DNA from: Okamejei kenojei
Lineage: Eukaryota
DNA length: 64,000 nt
Assembly (NCBI GenBank): GCA_035221665.1
Contig: CM069148.1
Location: 14,322,001 to 14,386,000, forward strand
Reading direction: 5' to 3'
Below are positions 49,381 to 63,809 of this stretch, one piece after another. Position 1 is the stretch's first letter. Each line of letters opens with the position of its first letter. The notes beneath the pieces are model-generated. The model ran no database searches, was not told where the DNA came from, and saw nothing but the letters and a program-made list of their open reading frames with translations. Made by a program: the position numbers and the translations under genes.

Positions 49381-52300
49381 GTTCTCCGTGACCATCTCCC
49401 ACATCCCAAAGATGTGCGGCTTGGTCAGTGAAATGAGCGCTGTAAATTGCTCCCAGTGTAGGTGGGTGGTAGAATTGATGGGAAAACGGGTAAGTGGGAA
49501 AATAAATGGGGGAAATGGGATCGTTCTACGCGTTGGCATAGACTTGAGTGGCCTCCAATGTCACAAATAAATATGGATTTAATATGACAATTAAGGAAGC
49601 AGGAACCTGACCCCAAACCTCATCTGTCTATTCTCTCCATAGAAGCTGCCCGACCCACTGAGTTCCTTCAGCACTTTGCGCAAGATTCCAGCAATTGCAG
49701 TTTCTTGCGTCTGCAGATTCAATCTAATTTTTAATGAGCACAAGATGAAACACTTATTGTGGATCAGTATTATAATATTTAACAATGCTGCAAGAGTGGT
49801 CAATGAACAAACGACCATCACAGTAACTTAAAACCAAGACAAAATAATTATCGCAAAGGATAGCTAACACTGCAACCGGCTGTTCTCCACCTGATGTCAC
49901 AATGGTAAAATGGCTGAGAGCAAAGCATGATCGCACTCAGCAGTGAATTTTTCCCACCGCAATACAAAATGGATATGCCAGCTACCAAAGCTTTAAGTGC
50001 AGCTCTGTCCATAAAATAATTTTCCAACAGGAGGTAAAACATGAAAAAAAAAACAGGTGAGCAAAAAGTATTTTCGTAAACATTCATCCCAGGGATTCAG
50101 ACTAGAAGCAGACCATGGAATCTCAAGGGTTATCTTAACCCACAGGGAATACTACACAAATACAGTCAGCATACATTTCCGTCATGCAATGAATCCTATA
50201 ATTGCAGAAAGATCTTTCTCTCCAGTCACACCTCTTGCACAAATATAAGCTTAACAGCTTCTGAATGCAAATCATCATTTGCATTAAAGTGTAACACCAT
50301 CAAAAGTAGTAGCAATGTGTACTTTACTTTGTATAAATATATTCCAAAGTCAATAAATCAGATAAGAGTCCCCACCTCTGCCTGTTTGGCTAGTTTCAGG
50401 GCAGTACAGTGGCACAGCTGATAAGAGCTGCTGCCTCACAGCACTAGAAACACGGGTTTGATCCTGACCTCGGGGACTGTCTGTGTAGAGCTTGTGCGTT
50501 CCCCGTGAACCCATGGGTTTCCTCCGGGTGCTCCAGTTTCCTCCCACATGCCATGGTGTGATCGGGTGATCGATAGTTGGCAAGGACCTGGTGGGCCAAA
50601 AGGCCCCGTTTCCAGGGTATATTGTAAAACTAAACCACATTTATATCTTCTTCAGCCACAGATAGAGAACACGAAGGGATCCACAAGGAACTGCAGATGC
50701 TGGAATCTTGAGCAAAACACAAAGTGCTGGAGGAATTCAGCGGGTCAGAAAGCATTTGAGGAGGGAATAGATCAGCAATGTTTTGGGTCAAGATCCTTCT
50801 TCAGTCTGCCTATCTATACCCATCCATTCCTCCCACAGATGCTGCCCGACTCTGAGTTATTCCAGCACTTTGTGTTTTGCTATAGAACAGTTCAGCACAG
50901 GTACAGGCCTTCAGCCCACAATCTGTGCTGAACATGGTGCCAAATTCTTTGCAAATTGTTTATTTCTAATGGTCCAAGAGCAAATTAGTATTAGTATTAA
51001 CTCCTAGATAAATGGTATCAGCCAATATACTACAGGAGGATCGGCTCATCTTGGCAATTAATGTTACAGTTTATCCATTGCTTTCAAGTGGCAAATAAGG
51101 TCAACAGCTAGTACACAGGATGCAGCCTTCAGATAAGCTCTCCAATTCCAATCATACCCAAACACGTACACTTGCTATTCAAAAACGATTGCCGAGTCAA
51201 GTCAAATTTACTGTCCTATGCACAAGTATGGTGAAGTACAGGTACGATAGGCAGGGAAAGAAGGTATATGGATCATGTGCAGATGGAGGAGATTAGTTTA
51301 GCTTGGCATCATGTTCAGCACAGGTATTGTGGGCAGAGGTTCTGGCTCCTGTGTTGTATACTCTTTTGTGTTTAATGAAAATCTTGCTTGCAGTAGCAGC
51401 ACATTTCCACTACAGGGTGAAACAAGGGAGAGATCCCTCTCCAAGTTAGCACCAAAGTACCCCACTTGATTGCTCTTGGAGATATTTTGGTTGAAGGCTC
51501 ATGGAAGACACGTTAATTACGCATATACTGCACAGACCAACAGTGGAACTGAGAATTAAATTCCGAGCAGCAATGGACACCTGCACCGTACTTTCTTACA
51601 TCATGGTTTATTTTTCATGTCTTTGCTGGTAGGATAAACATACTAATCCTTCACAAGGTTGTCAAGTTACCATCATTTTTGTTGAGTTCTGCCCAATTTT
51701 GAATTGGTTACAGTAAGTAGTTGGGAAGAATTTAATAGAATTTAATTTAGATAAATCTTGGATCGGTTAGCATGAATGACGATGAAATAAATGATTGAGG
51801 CAAAGCCCGTCGGGATAATTCATGGTCCTCAGCTTTAGACACCCATAACCAGTCTGGGAATGGTGGTCCACAAATGTGGTTATCAGCAACTGGAGATCAA
51901 ATTGCTCTCATACTTTCCCTCCCACAATATGTTAGTTAAGCGATGAACGATATTCTTTCAATGAACATTGCTGTCACGTATATGACATTTAAACTAAGGA
52001 CGCCTTGAAAGACATAGAAGTGTACAGAGCAGGAGCAGGCCCTTCGACTCACAATGTCTGCTGAATATGATTCCAAGCTAAACTAACCTCATTTGTCAGC
52101 AATTACTCTCATCTCCCTTTGGCCCACAATGTCAGTGCTAAACATATTTATCCATGAACGTCATTCAGCAACAGCATTATCCAGCAACATGTTGCATTCC
52201 ATTCCCATGCCATTTCAGCGTCCCCACAAGTCTGTTCTGGCATCAACAGGATCAAGTTAAATTGGCCCTCAGTTTGTTTTGGAAAAAGGGATGGCAAATT

Positions 52301-54199
52301 CAAAAATGCGCAGATGAAAGGTTAGCATACGACTTGCTAACATGGAAAGGAATGTAAATTCTATCATTTTGTGGCTGGAGCTGTTGTTGAAACACAGAAT
52401 ATCACAGAACATCTCCCCTCCCCATCCTACTCAACTTCAGAACACTGCGTTAACTATGAACACTTATGCCACTCATACAACTCAATTGCCCGCCGGGTGT
52501 GTTATGTTAGTTTTTAAATACGCTTTCACTCCAGAGAATAATCGCTTGACGTGTTGCCTGTAACTTTCTTCCTGCCCACTCACATTTCTGTATTTGCCCC
52601 TCAGCCCAAAAGAGGTTCGTTCACAAGTGCTCAGATGATTTGTCCACCACTCAACATCTTTTACCTAATACTCAAAGGCTACCTTAGCCCGAGTAATACC
52701 AACTTTCATCAAAATCCACCTTCTTCCAAAGAGGAGGAATCGGACTGGTTTCAGGATCCGGTCTGCTCACCTTTCCCGACACTGCGGTAGTCTGACCTTC
52801 ACACTTCGATTACAGACCGACCTGCTGCTAAACATTTTCATTTTGGCCTGCTTATCAGGGAATTAATTCAAGAGTCTGTCAACATGTCTAATAACAAGAT
52901 GAAGATGAATGAGTCCCAAGTGCATTGATCCTGTGACCATTCAGAAGAGTGGGAGTATTACATCAACCATTTTAAATGGTGTCAGCATGGTGCAAAAGTT
53001 TCAATTGAGCTAATTTAGAAACATCAGCTTTCATTTCATGTGACCCCAGTGTTTACAGGGGATTGGCTTCCTAGAAAATGGTCATGGTTTTCCATAATGT
53101 TAAGCCGTGTCATAGTTGCATAGTTGTCAAGAAACACGAGTTGGATAAAAAATTGCATTGATTTATTTATTTCCCCACCCTCCCCATATAAATTCCATGA
53201 GAGCAAATTTTATTCCATATATCAAATTTGTGGTGAATGATGTGCATTATGCAAGAATGAATTTTCATTACACAAACAACCATAATGCAGGGGTTGTCTC
53301 ATGTTCAAGTTAAAAAAATTGTTTAAGATGAATGAATCAAGTAATAAGATTAGTGGGGCCAGTGCTTTGTTTTGTGACGGTGCAGCGTACTGGCACCACT
53401 AAAAAGTTAAAAACTAGATATTCACTTTTTTACTTTTTAAACATGTTGGGTATGCACATTTCAGTTATTCATTTGTTAAAGTAGAAGTTGATTGGTCACA
53501 AAATGGTACATGGATAGGACAGGTTTAGAGGGATATGGGCCAAATGCAGGCAGGGGGGACTGGTGTAGATGGGACTTGTAGGTCGGTGTGGGCCGAAGGG
53601 CCTGTTTTCACAGCGTATGACTGTAAAATCAAAATCAAAACAGAAAAGGAAGGTGATGGAAAGAAATTGTTGGTAAACTTAGCTTAATTTTTTAATTGAT
53701 ATGTGTACTGGCATTTTTTGTCTACAAAAGCAGCACTGGGTGGCTATCAATGTAGGCAATAGTTCAGCTGAGATTCTAACACAGAATTAAAATGCATTAT
53801 CTGAAGAACAGTTTTACCTTGGACTACCTTGACACAACTCACTTGTTCTCTGTGGAATCATGAGATGTATGGAAATGTGATATCCTGACTTCAAAAGTAA
53901 TTGTAGCAGTTCCTGAACAAGTTTGCTCTTTCCTCTGACGGAGCTGCCTCAACCCTATGTTTGAATTTCGCAGCCACATTTTGGACACAGTTGCTGGTGA
54001 GCTCTACATTTCTTGCAAGTTCCTTGCTACTTCAAGAATAACTTCTTCCCAGCAACCATCAGGCTCTTGAGCATGACACAACAGTAACCTCAACTCTGAA
54101 CTATATACAGGCTGTCTTTGGTTGCATGATGGACTTTGGGATTTTTTTTTTGCACCAGCATTGAGGTTAATTTATTGAATTTTCATTTATTATATCATA

Positions 54200-54955
54200 A
54201 TCATACTTTATTAGCCAAGTATGTTTTGCAACATACGAGGAATTTGATTTGCCATACAGTCATACCAATATAAAGCAGCAGAACACACAAAATACATTTT
54301 AACATGAACATCCACCACAGTGACTCCTCCACATTCCTCACTGTGATGGAAGGCGGAAAAAAGTTAGATCTCTTCCCTTCTTTGTGCTCCCGCGGTCGGG
54401 GGCCTCGAGCCTTCCGTTCATGGGGTGATCTTGGCTCCCGTACTCGGCTGCGTTTGGGCCCTCGCGTTGGGGTGATCAAGCTCCCACATCGGGGGCGGGA
54501 ATCTCAGCTTCCCCCGCGCCGGGCGATCTAACCCCGGGTCTGGGCTGGTCGAAACCTTCTGCGTCGTTTGGAGCTTCCCAACATTGGTCTCTACCCGATA
54601 CTGCGAGCTCCTCGATGCTGAAATCCGCAGGCCGTGGTTGGAACATCGATCCCAGGCAAGGGATCGCAGGCTCCGATGGTAAGTCCATGGCCCCGCGGTG
54701 GGGCTCCAAGTCAGTCCCGAGCAAGGCTGTCAGCTCCATGATGTTAGGCCGCAGAGCGACCGGAGATATGATCCGGAAAACAATCGCATCTCCAGCATAG
54801 TACGAGATTGAAAAAAAGTTCCCCCCGACTGCCTCCCCCACATAAATCAAACCAGAGAACATTAACACAAACTTTTAAAACACACTAAAAATAACAAATA
54901 AAAGACAGACAGACTGTTGGTGAGGCTGCCATCGTGCGGCGCCCCCCTGGTGGTT
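54200..54955 (-). mobile_element. Unclassified CpG-rich non-autonomous retroelement
   Basis: Related to 48700-49380 (shared cattcctcactgtgatggaaggc and cgatggtaagtcc); no credible ORF. Confidence 0.55.
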
Positions 54956-55229
54956 TATTATCTGTGTATTGCATTTATAGGGCTGTTATATTTCTGCAGG
55001 TAAGAATTTTATTGTTCTGTTTTTGGTAAATATGTCAATTAAAAACTTTTTCTTACAAGAGACCTTTTTTGCCCCCTTACCTCCCACTTTCCCCTATCTC
55101 TTCCACCCTCGAATATTGGGTGTAATTGTATCCCAAGTAGTCAGATAGGTAACCTTACATGTCTTATAGCTCAAGACCACCTGGCTGCTTGAAAATAGTC
55201 TGGAGTGGCTTGGGTTCCTCCTCTCCAAA

Positions 55230-55433
55230 CCAAAGATCCTATAGCAAGCAAGATAGATCACTCGCCGAAACATACGTAGTACGGTCATGGGCAGATTAAT
55301 GGGTAATTTTCGGTCCCATTTCCGTAATGAAGTGGATGAAAAAAAGGCCCACGTTCCACTCCGTTGCGCACTACACGTCAGCCCATCGCATTTAGAAGTA
55401 GTGGTCAATCTTGCTTCGCTATAGGATCTTTGG
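55230..55433. mobile_element. 204-bp MITE with 6-bp TSD
   Basis: TIR CCAAAGATCCTATAGC..GCAAGAT / ATCTTGC..GCTATAGGATCTTTGG; TCCAAA duplicated at 55224-55229 and 55434-55439. Confidence 0.8.
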
Positions 55434-56869
55434 TCCAAACTAAGCACAGGATCAGAGCTTAGTCTCTTTCCAATATTGCCTTGGCTGAGTGAGTGAGGCG
55501 CAGAGAGAAGAGGGCGAGATCGGCCGCAAGCACTCACTACTTGGGGGGAATTACACCCAGGATCTCACCTTGATTCACAGACCCCCAAGCTTGGCATTCC
55601 ACTGCCTTGCTTATACAAAGCATGACGAAGATACCAAATGTTGTGTCCGATAAATCACCGCATTCTGAAATTGTCTGTTTAACCCTTCCACTGCGCTGAG
55701 TATTCCAATTAAAATTACTGCAAAACGCACAAATGCAGAGTTAAACAGCTTCAAGAATAGTGCCGACAAAGCCAGCATTTGTGAGCTCCCAAGTTACAAA
55801 GGCTATTCTCCACTGAGCTATTCTTACCAGAAGTTTGTGACCAGTCAGAAAGAGAAAAGGATCATACAACAATGAAGGTACTGTGTGACTGACAACAACT
55901 TAATAGTGGTGCAAAAGAGGATTGGAACTCAGGTTTACACCAGGGCGTCTCATTGCCCATTCTAAAGGATTAATCTTGAAGGACAAATTTGTATGATAAT
56001 CTACAGAGAAAATAAGTATTACTGTCGTTTTGAACAAAGCATACCAGATACTTGTGGGATAGTAATGGTTTAAAGAAAAATTCCATGCTTCAAAGTCATA
56101 AAATATTGCTCCAATTTCAAATAAAAGTCAATCCTCCAAGTGAAAACTGAAAATGCTGGAAAAACTCAGCACTGGGGGAAAGAGGAATGGTCAATATTTC
56201 AGCTCCAAGACCCTCAGGCATCCAAAGTGTTAACTCGTGATTTTTTCCAGATGCCGACTGACCTGATCAGTTTCCAGCAGCTTATTTCAAATTTCAGCAT
56301 CTGCAGATTTTCAACTTAATGCAGATTTTGCACTTGAGGATTAGTTGCATCAGGTTAGATGTCATCATTGCCCTTCATTTTAGATTTACCGGGTGATGGT
56401 AAACAGATTTGTGTTACATTGCAACTGACCCAGCTCTGGTGAAAGTTAAAGATACAAGTGTTCCTTGCCCACAGCAACAATAGACACTTCCCTTTTTCAG
56501 ATGACTCCTTCATCACCCTGCCCCAGATGTCCCCATTATGAAACTGGAATTTGAGTAGTGTTTGTGGGCAAACACTTTGAAGCTGGAAGACTTCCTTTAA
56601 ATATGCAAACAGCTCTCAACATTTCAAAGTATGAGCAATTTCAAGATTAGCTAAAATGAGAGCAAGTACACGTGTTCTAGCTCCACAACATTCTTTCAGA
56701 AAGTGCGACACATCACATCAATTAGTATTTATGGTTGTCACAGTCAATCACCCAGTTGCTGTCATTTGTACTTTAAATGTCCAGGTGAAGACTATAAATT
56801 GAGGGCTGAGAATTAGAGTACATTTTTATTGATTCAGTTAAGCATACAGGGTAAAGCTAGCCACCATTA

Positions 56870-57085
<216 letters not shown>

Positions 57086-59101
57086 CTATGCAAAACCTCA
57101 AGCAAGCTCAACAGGGATTACAAGGTCTAAAGGAGGCATCAGATCCACTGCACTACTTATCTTTGGTCATCACAAGTGGCATTGCCAGAAATTAGCAATG
57201 CAATTTAATAGACCAATTAACAGAACACCCACACTTTGCCATTCAGTGAGTGATTGGCATTCTTGATCTCATAATTGCTTTATTATGGTGGAAAATTGAT
57301 AAGCAGTTTGAGCAATTAACCTGCACTCCATTACCATTTTACTCAGTCCTGGCTGTATTACCACTTGATTTATGTTAATTTCAGAAACTAAACATCTGAC
57401 CCAAAACAGAAATAAGCAGCCCCAACATCTGAAAAAAATATCAAGACTAGAATTTGATTTTTTCTTTAAAGAAAACACTCTGCAATGCCAAAGTGACTAC
57501 CCAACTTGGAGGCAAAAGGGCATTTTAAAATCCCACCAGTTCCACCACCACAGGAAAGGATTGCACCAACCACACACCCATTTGTAACATGCCTTTAACA
57601 TGTAATCATGTCAGCTGCAGAATGACCACAACAAAATGAAACTGTGTCAATGGTGTACAGACTGTTATTAACTGGAAGTGCCTTTCAAAGTTGGCTTTAT
57701 GTATTGTACATATGAGTTAAAGGGAACCTGCTTATTCCCTCTGGTTACTTTAGAAGGGACATTGATCTTCACTAGTAATACAAAACAAATAATGAATCAG
57801 CATTTTTAGAGCAAATTAAATCATATGTCTGCGTCAAAGTGCTGGTGCTGCTGGTGCAGAGCAGTTATCGCCTTGTGTTACAGTGAAAAATGTTAGGATA
57901 CAAATCTGCTTTGATAAGGACTTTAAAAATGTATTTTAACATTGAGTTCATATTTTACTCCTTAACAGCCTACTCCGATATCTTGGCTTGTTAATGTATT
58001 TTAAGGTACTCCATGAAAAATGTTGGAATTGAATCAAACCAACTAGCAATAGTTTGAAGCTATACAAAACCAACTTTCACCTCCAAATGTAAATGAAAAT
58101 ACCCAACCTCAACAGTTTTAAAGATATGCTTACTGAAAGCACTCAAAAAGAAAATATCCAGGTAAGTACAGTCTTCATTTCAAGTAAAAGGTTCTCAGTT
58201 TGACAATACCCATTTCAAACTCAACCTGTTTACACAATTACACAATTTACTTTTAACAATGTGACTTGCCAAAGAGAGATAATATGTATTTAATTTGAAA
58301 GGTTGTGGAGGTTAGGATCTAACTGGGTTGCCACCTACTGAGAAAGTCCAATGAGCTTGAAATTAAATAGAGCTAAGACGATTGCAACCTTTGTTATAAC
58401 TATTTTATTCCTGGACCACAGTCAATTACTTTGGAACACAGATTTAGCTGGGTTGGAATTTCATTCCCTTTGAAATGCAGCATGGAAAGATCATGTGAAA
58501 GAAAAGGTCACCTGCAAAACTTTGTGTGCACTGAAGGAGAGTTTAAAACAAAGTAATCAAGCTAGAAGCAGCAAAACTCATGAAAGACTACGCTGGGATA
58601 CATTTGGCCCACGAGGTGATAAATTTGAGAGATTTTCCATGCCAAAATTGCAATTGGTTTTAAGTGGAAGAAAATTAAATTGAAACTTAACGTTTATGAT
58701 TTGACGCGCTGCAAATTAAGAACACATTGTATTTTCAACATTATATTACTTTAGCTGTAGTGGTGATCTTCTTTTCTGTACAGGCAGCAGTGCCATGCAG
58801 GCAATTAGCCAGAAGACAACCGAGCCATCAAATGGTTTCCACGTATAATTTAACTCCATGGGTCACAGAATTGCAAGAGTCTCCCAAGTCATGCAGGAAA
58901 ACCACCCGTGCAAAAGTACCACCACATGGACACTTTCAGGTATCTCCCTTTCCTTCACTTTGATCATAAATATTCAGATCGTTGCTGCATGCGGTTGATT
59001 ATTCCGATGCTACATTTCACTATTTACCACAGAGCAAGGATTATACGAAACTATAATGCAGGCAGTTAACGTGTATGTAAACAATAGGTTGTGTTTCATA
59101 C

Positions 59102-59169
59102 CAACTTCACCCCAGTGAAAAGGATTGGTGCCACCGGTAGTACAGTTGTAAACCAATATATTTCTTGGC
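59102..59169 (-). CDS. FAR1: FAR1-like exon
   Basis: [22 protein letters not shown]; 68 nt; AG/GT. Confidence 0.95.
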
Positions 59170-59760
59170 CTGAAGGGGAAAATTAAAACAGTTAACTTGT
59201 ATGCAGCAAACAACAGTGTTCAAAAAAAACAAAAACAAAAAAGCTTTTAGTCACAATCGAAACCTTATCCTAGGACTTAGTATAAAGATTTGTGTAAAGG
59301 GATGACCATTGCTGAAGGAATAGTAGATGTTATCAAGAAATAGAAAGCCATTCTGGATTCTGTGAAGAATTTTGTCTTAAACTCATAAGCAGGCTGCTAT
59401 AAACATTTAACAATCACAAGTGGATAGGCACAAAATGTAAATGAAGTTGGAACATAGGTCTTTATCTCGAAGGTTGGGGCACCATGGATGAAAATTAAAT
59501 ATTTAAACTACACCTGATCCAATCAGTAGAAACAGCGTTTTTTTATTTACACAAAGGGTGGTAGATGTATGGAACGAGCTGCCAGAGGAGGAGTTGAGGC
59601 AGGTACAATATGGCCCTTTCTAGACCGTTGGATCTCAGAGGTCATATCTCATACTTCGAGTATCAGTCTTATTCTCCCTTCAATGAGTGCTCTCTTAAGA
59701 ATTCCCTGCCGCGTTAAATGTGCAGTAGCCTCTTAAATATAGAGGAGTCACCTGCTGTAC

Positions 59761-59879
59761 CTATGAACTCCCGAGTACCATGCTGCCGCCAGAGTCATGT
59801 TTATAACCACATCCACTGGGATCAGGTCTGCCACAGCACTGTTTGCTGCTCTCATTGTACGCAGGATTCCTTTACCAGC
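59761..59879 (-). CDS. FAR1: FAR1-like exon
   Basis: [40 protein letters not shown]; 119 nt; AG/GT. Confidence 0.95.
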
Positions 59880-60644
59880 CTGCAAGACAAACCCAAGGGA
59901 TATGGATGAGCGCAAATTTTAAAGGCTTTTGCATTAATATTACAACTCACAACAGCTTGCTGCAGTTTACAGCCGAGAACTGCCTTGTTGAAAAATAAAA
60001 AGCTTGTGTGGGTAACACAAGTGGCTGTTCACGCAAGTAAAATCCAAATTGGTAGCTTCACATTATTCCCTTAAATGTGTCACGGAGTCATAAAGGGCTT
60101 ACACCACAGAAACAGGACGTCGACCTACCTTGTCCGGCTGACCAAATTAGCATATTGGGCCAGTTGCATTTGTCTGCATTTGGCCCAAATCCCTGTGGAC
60201 TCTTCCTATCCATATATCTGTTCAAATCACTGAAAAAAAATCATAATTATATTCCCTTCTATCTACATTACAGATATGGACCCCCTCTGAGTGAAAAAGT
60301 TGCTCCAGGGGCCGCTCTTAAATCTTTCCCCTCTCACCTTACACTTATGCTCTCTAGTTTTAGAATTCTCCATCCAGGGAAAGAGGCTTCATCCATGCCC
60401 CTCATGATCTTGTACACCCGTCAGCACTCTACACTCCAATGAAAGCCTACCCAAACTCTCCATATAAGCCAAGCCTACAATTCCTGGTATTGTCCTGGTG
60501 AATATCCTTGGCAGATGAGGCTCCATGGTGGAAGGACACAAGCACATTTGTATTATAGGCAAAAAGTTGGCATTTGTGTTAGGCTAAGATTGATCATGGC
60601 CAAGATGCAATGATCATCCCCAAAATGAAACGCTGGAACAGTTC

Positions 60645-61175
60645 ATAAGTTTTAGGAGCAGAATTAGTCCATTCCGTCCTTCAAGTCTACTCTTCCATTT
60701 AATTGTGGCTGATCTATCTTTCCATCTCAACCTCATTCTCCCCATAACCTCCGACACACTGACTAATCAAGAATCTGTCAATCTCCACTTTAAAAATATC
60801 CATTGACTTGGCCTCCACAGCCGTCCGTGGCAATGAATTCCACAGATTCACCAGCATCTGACTAAAATATTCCTCCTCATCTTTCTAAGATCTTTTATTC
60901 TGAGGCTATGGCTTCTGTTCCTAGACCCTCCCACTAGTGGAAACATCCTCTCCATATTCACTCTACTCAGGCCTTTCACTATTCGGTAAGTTTCAATGAG
61001 CTCGCCCCTCATCCTTCTAAACTACAGCGAATACAGGCCCAGTGCTGATAAATGGTCATCATATGTTAACTCAATCAATCCTGGGATCATTCTCTTAAAC
61101 CGTCTCTGGACTTTCTCAAATGACAGCACATCTTTCCTCAGATGTGGGGCCCAAAACTGCTCCAAATACTCCAAA
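60645..61175 (-). mobile_element. CR1 LINE 3' fragment
   Basis: LEYLEQFWAPHLRKDV-type peptide and CR1 3' UTR on the minus strand. Confidence 0.75.
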
Positions 61176-61723
61176 GACTGGTGGGTGGATGCTGACATCC
61201 TTCATCAGCATCCCGAAAGCTGCAGCATTAAACTGAGTGCAGGAAACAAACATTAAGAAAACACAAGCAGGAAACTTGCCTAGATATACAAAAAGAAATA
61301 TAGATGACCAAATCAATTTCATAATTAAATTGACGATCGTCCAAATCTAATAAGCAAAGTATTATAGATTAATTTTATATTCCATTACAGTTAATTGCAG
61401 TCAATTCCAGCACTTCCTCGTGTCATTTAATTGCACAAACACGCAGCAATTTTTACGGGACACAAATGGGTCTTATCTCTAAACACTTAAAATCCCACAG
61501 GATGGCAAATAGATTGCAAGTTGCAAAAACTAGTGATCAACATGTAGTACCAATAATGTAGATGGCGTTCTGCAATGGATATCGCATATCAGAATTAGCT
61601 AATAGGGTATTGTGTTATAGAAGATGAGCACTTTATTTTGCAACTAAACACAATGTTGAGTATAGTGTGTTTCATGCAGCCAATCCGAGTACCTAAGAAC
61701 AGATGTAACCTTAGATAACTTAC

Positions 61724-61768
61724 GGCAATGAAGAGTCCACTTGGTCCATTGAAATTGTCAATCCAGCC
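61724..61768 (-). CDS. FAR1: FAR1-like exon
   Basis: GWIDNFNGPSGLFIA; 45 nt; cAG acceptor and GTAAGT donor. Confidence 0.95.
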
Positions 61769-61842
61769 CTGGATGCAAAAGATAATGGTATAAAATTACT
61801 CAAAACATTTACAGAATTTTCATACTTAACAATAACATAAAA

Positions 61843-62568
61843 TCTATATATTACTCAAACTGCGTGTGCGTGTGCGTGTGCGTGTGATGCCCGCCCGGGC
61901 CTGAACTTCGCCAAAACAGTAGACGATAGCGCTACAAACCTTACTCACAATTGTCCTGTGGTATGTTTTTATCAAGTTTCGTTCAGATTGACGCTACAAG
62001 TTATTCATATTTTCTACTTTACAAAATCCAGTTTGAGAATGAATGACTTGAACACTGCAGTTGCAGTTGCTGGCAGTTATAGCTATGATATCACAATGGG
62101 ATCTCATTTACATAAACTGCCCATGAACAGTTCTCCACCCGACAATGACATCAGAATGGGATCTAATTTACATAAGCTGCCCATAACTGTGTCCCACCCA
62201 GTGCAATGCGAGATTTGTTACATTATTGTAAGGAGAGGGAGGGAGTGGGGGAGGGGAGGAGGAGAAATTTTATTTAAACATTTTGTTTAGTGGGGGAGTG
62301 CGATAGGGGAGGCGAGGAGTGGGGGAGCAGGGAGAGAGGAGAGGAGAAAAAAGAGGGAGGGTGAAGAGGAGGGGAGAGAGTGTTGGGGTGAGGGAAAATG
62401 AACAGCCTCTGCAGTTGGGGCTATGGGCGAGTGGTGGAATATTGCGTTGGGGGAACGGGTTGCATTGGAGGAACAGGTGAGTGGTGGAAATGGGTTACGT
62501 TGGGGGAACAAGTGAGTGCTGGAATATTGCGTAGGGGAACTGGCCCCAACGGGTCCCACTTGGTCTAG
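61843..62568 (+). mobile_element. Non-autonomous Helitron
   Basis: A|TCTATATATTAC 5' end; CTAG|T 3' end; subterminal GC hairpin GGCCCCAACGGGTCC; (TGCGTG)n near the 5' end; no TSD. Confidence 0.8.
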
Positions 62569-63809
62569 TATCGACTAAAATATTGATCAAAAAAATTTAA
62601 ACACATAAGTAAAGGTGGCAAAACCACTGGACTAGTACAGAAATTCATTTTATTCATTAATGCCCTACATAGAACACATTTCGCATTCTTACTCAATCTG
62701 CGATGAGACTTCAGACCCAACAAAATAGTTGACTCTTAACATTCCTCTGAAAAAGTCTAAGCAAGGAACATCGGTCAGGAGCTAATTGGGGATGGATATT
62801 ATGTATAGATCGTCCACAGCCCATGAAGAACTAAAAAATCATCAGGATACTAGCTCTAAAGTAGAGAGGACATCATGTAGTGAAATGCTACAACATCAGA
62901 AAAGAGAATTTGGATCATATCAAGCACTCACCATTCCCTGTTTTTTTCTCACAGAGAGTGGCGAGTCTGTGGAATTCTCTGCCTCAGAGGGCGGGAGGCA
63001 GGTTCTCTGGATGCTTTCAAGAGAGAATATCAATGCTTGCTAGATAGGGCTCTTAAAAATAGCTGAGTCGGGGGATATGGGGAGAAGGCCGGAACAGGGT
63101 ACTGATTGGGGATGTTCAGCCATGATCACATGGCTCGAAGGGCCAAATGGCCTACTACTGCACCTATTGTTTATTGTCCATTATCAATAAACAATGAAAA
63201 TTGTTCGTAAATAAGCGTGGACCAACAAGAGGAACAGCACCTCATATTTTGTTTGGGTAGCTTACAACACAATAGTATGAACATTGAATTCTCTCATTTT
63301 AAGTAACTTCTCTCTCCCCTCCCCCCCCCCCCCCCCCCCCCAGTTCCAGTTCCCCACATTGTATCCCTCTTGTGATCACACCTTCCCTGGCCAACGATGG
63401 GCCAACCAGGGCTTGAAACAGTAACATTCTTCAACATAATTAATGGCAATATCCTGACCCGAGGTAGGACATTCTTAAGACTTATATAAAGTCTTCACCA
63501 CATGCGATTTCCGAGTGGCTGATTCTTGTACCCTGATACTATGCCTCCTAATTATAGATGTTCCAGCAAGAGGATACAGCTTATTAACATCTATTCTGTC
63601 AATTACATATGCCTCATTTAGATCGCCTCCCATACTTCTCAGTTACCGTGAACACAAACAAATGTTACTCCTTGTAGGTCAATACCTTCATCTCAAAAAT
63701 CAAAGCACCGTGGTTTGATGGCCACTAAATATGAATAAAGTTAAAAGGCACTCATTTAAATTATTGTTACTTTTGTCTATAGTTTTAAATGATTTATTCC
63801 CAAACCTAC

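Noticed and set aside
53818-53950. Possible mutually exclusive alternative of the FAR 172-nt exon (CCAAG|GTAAAA donor-like site); I recall such an exon in mouse Far1
   Set aside because: The minus-strand translation (…LLKSGYHISIHLMIPQRTSELCQGSPR) has no FAR similarity and hits a stop before reaching 172 nt.
58784-58939. Plus-strand exon-like segment (tcttttctgtacAG ... cagGTAT) antisense to FAR
   Set aside because: No recognisable coding homology or partner exons.
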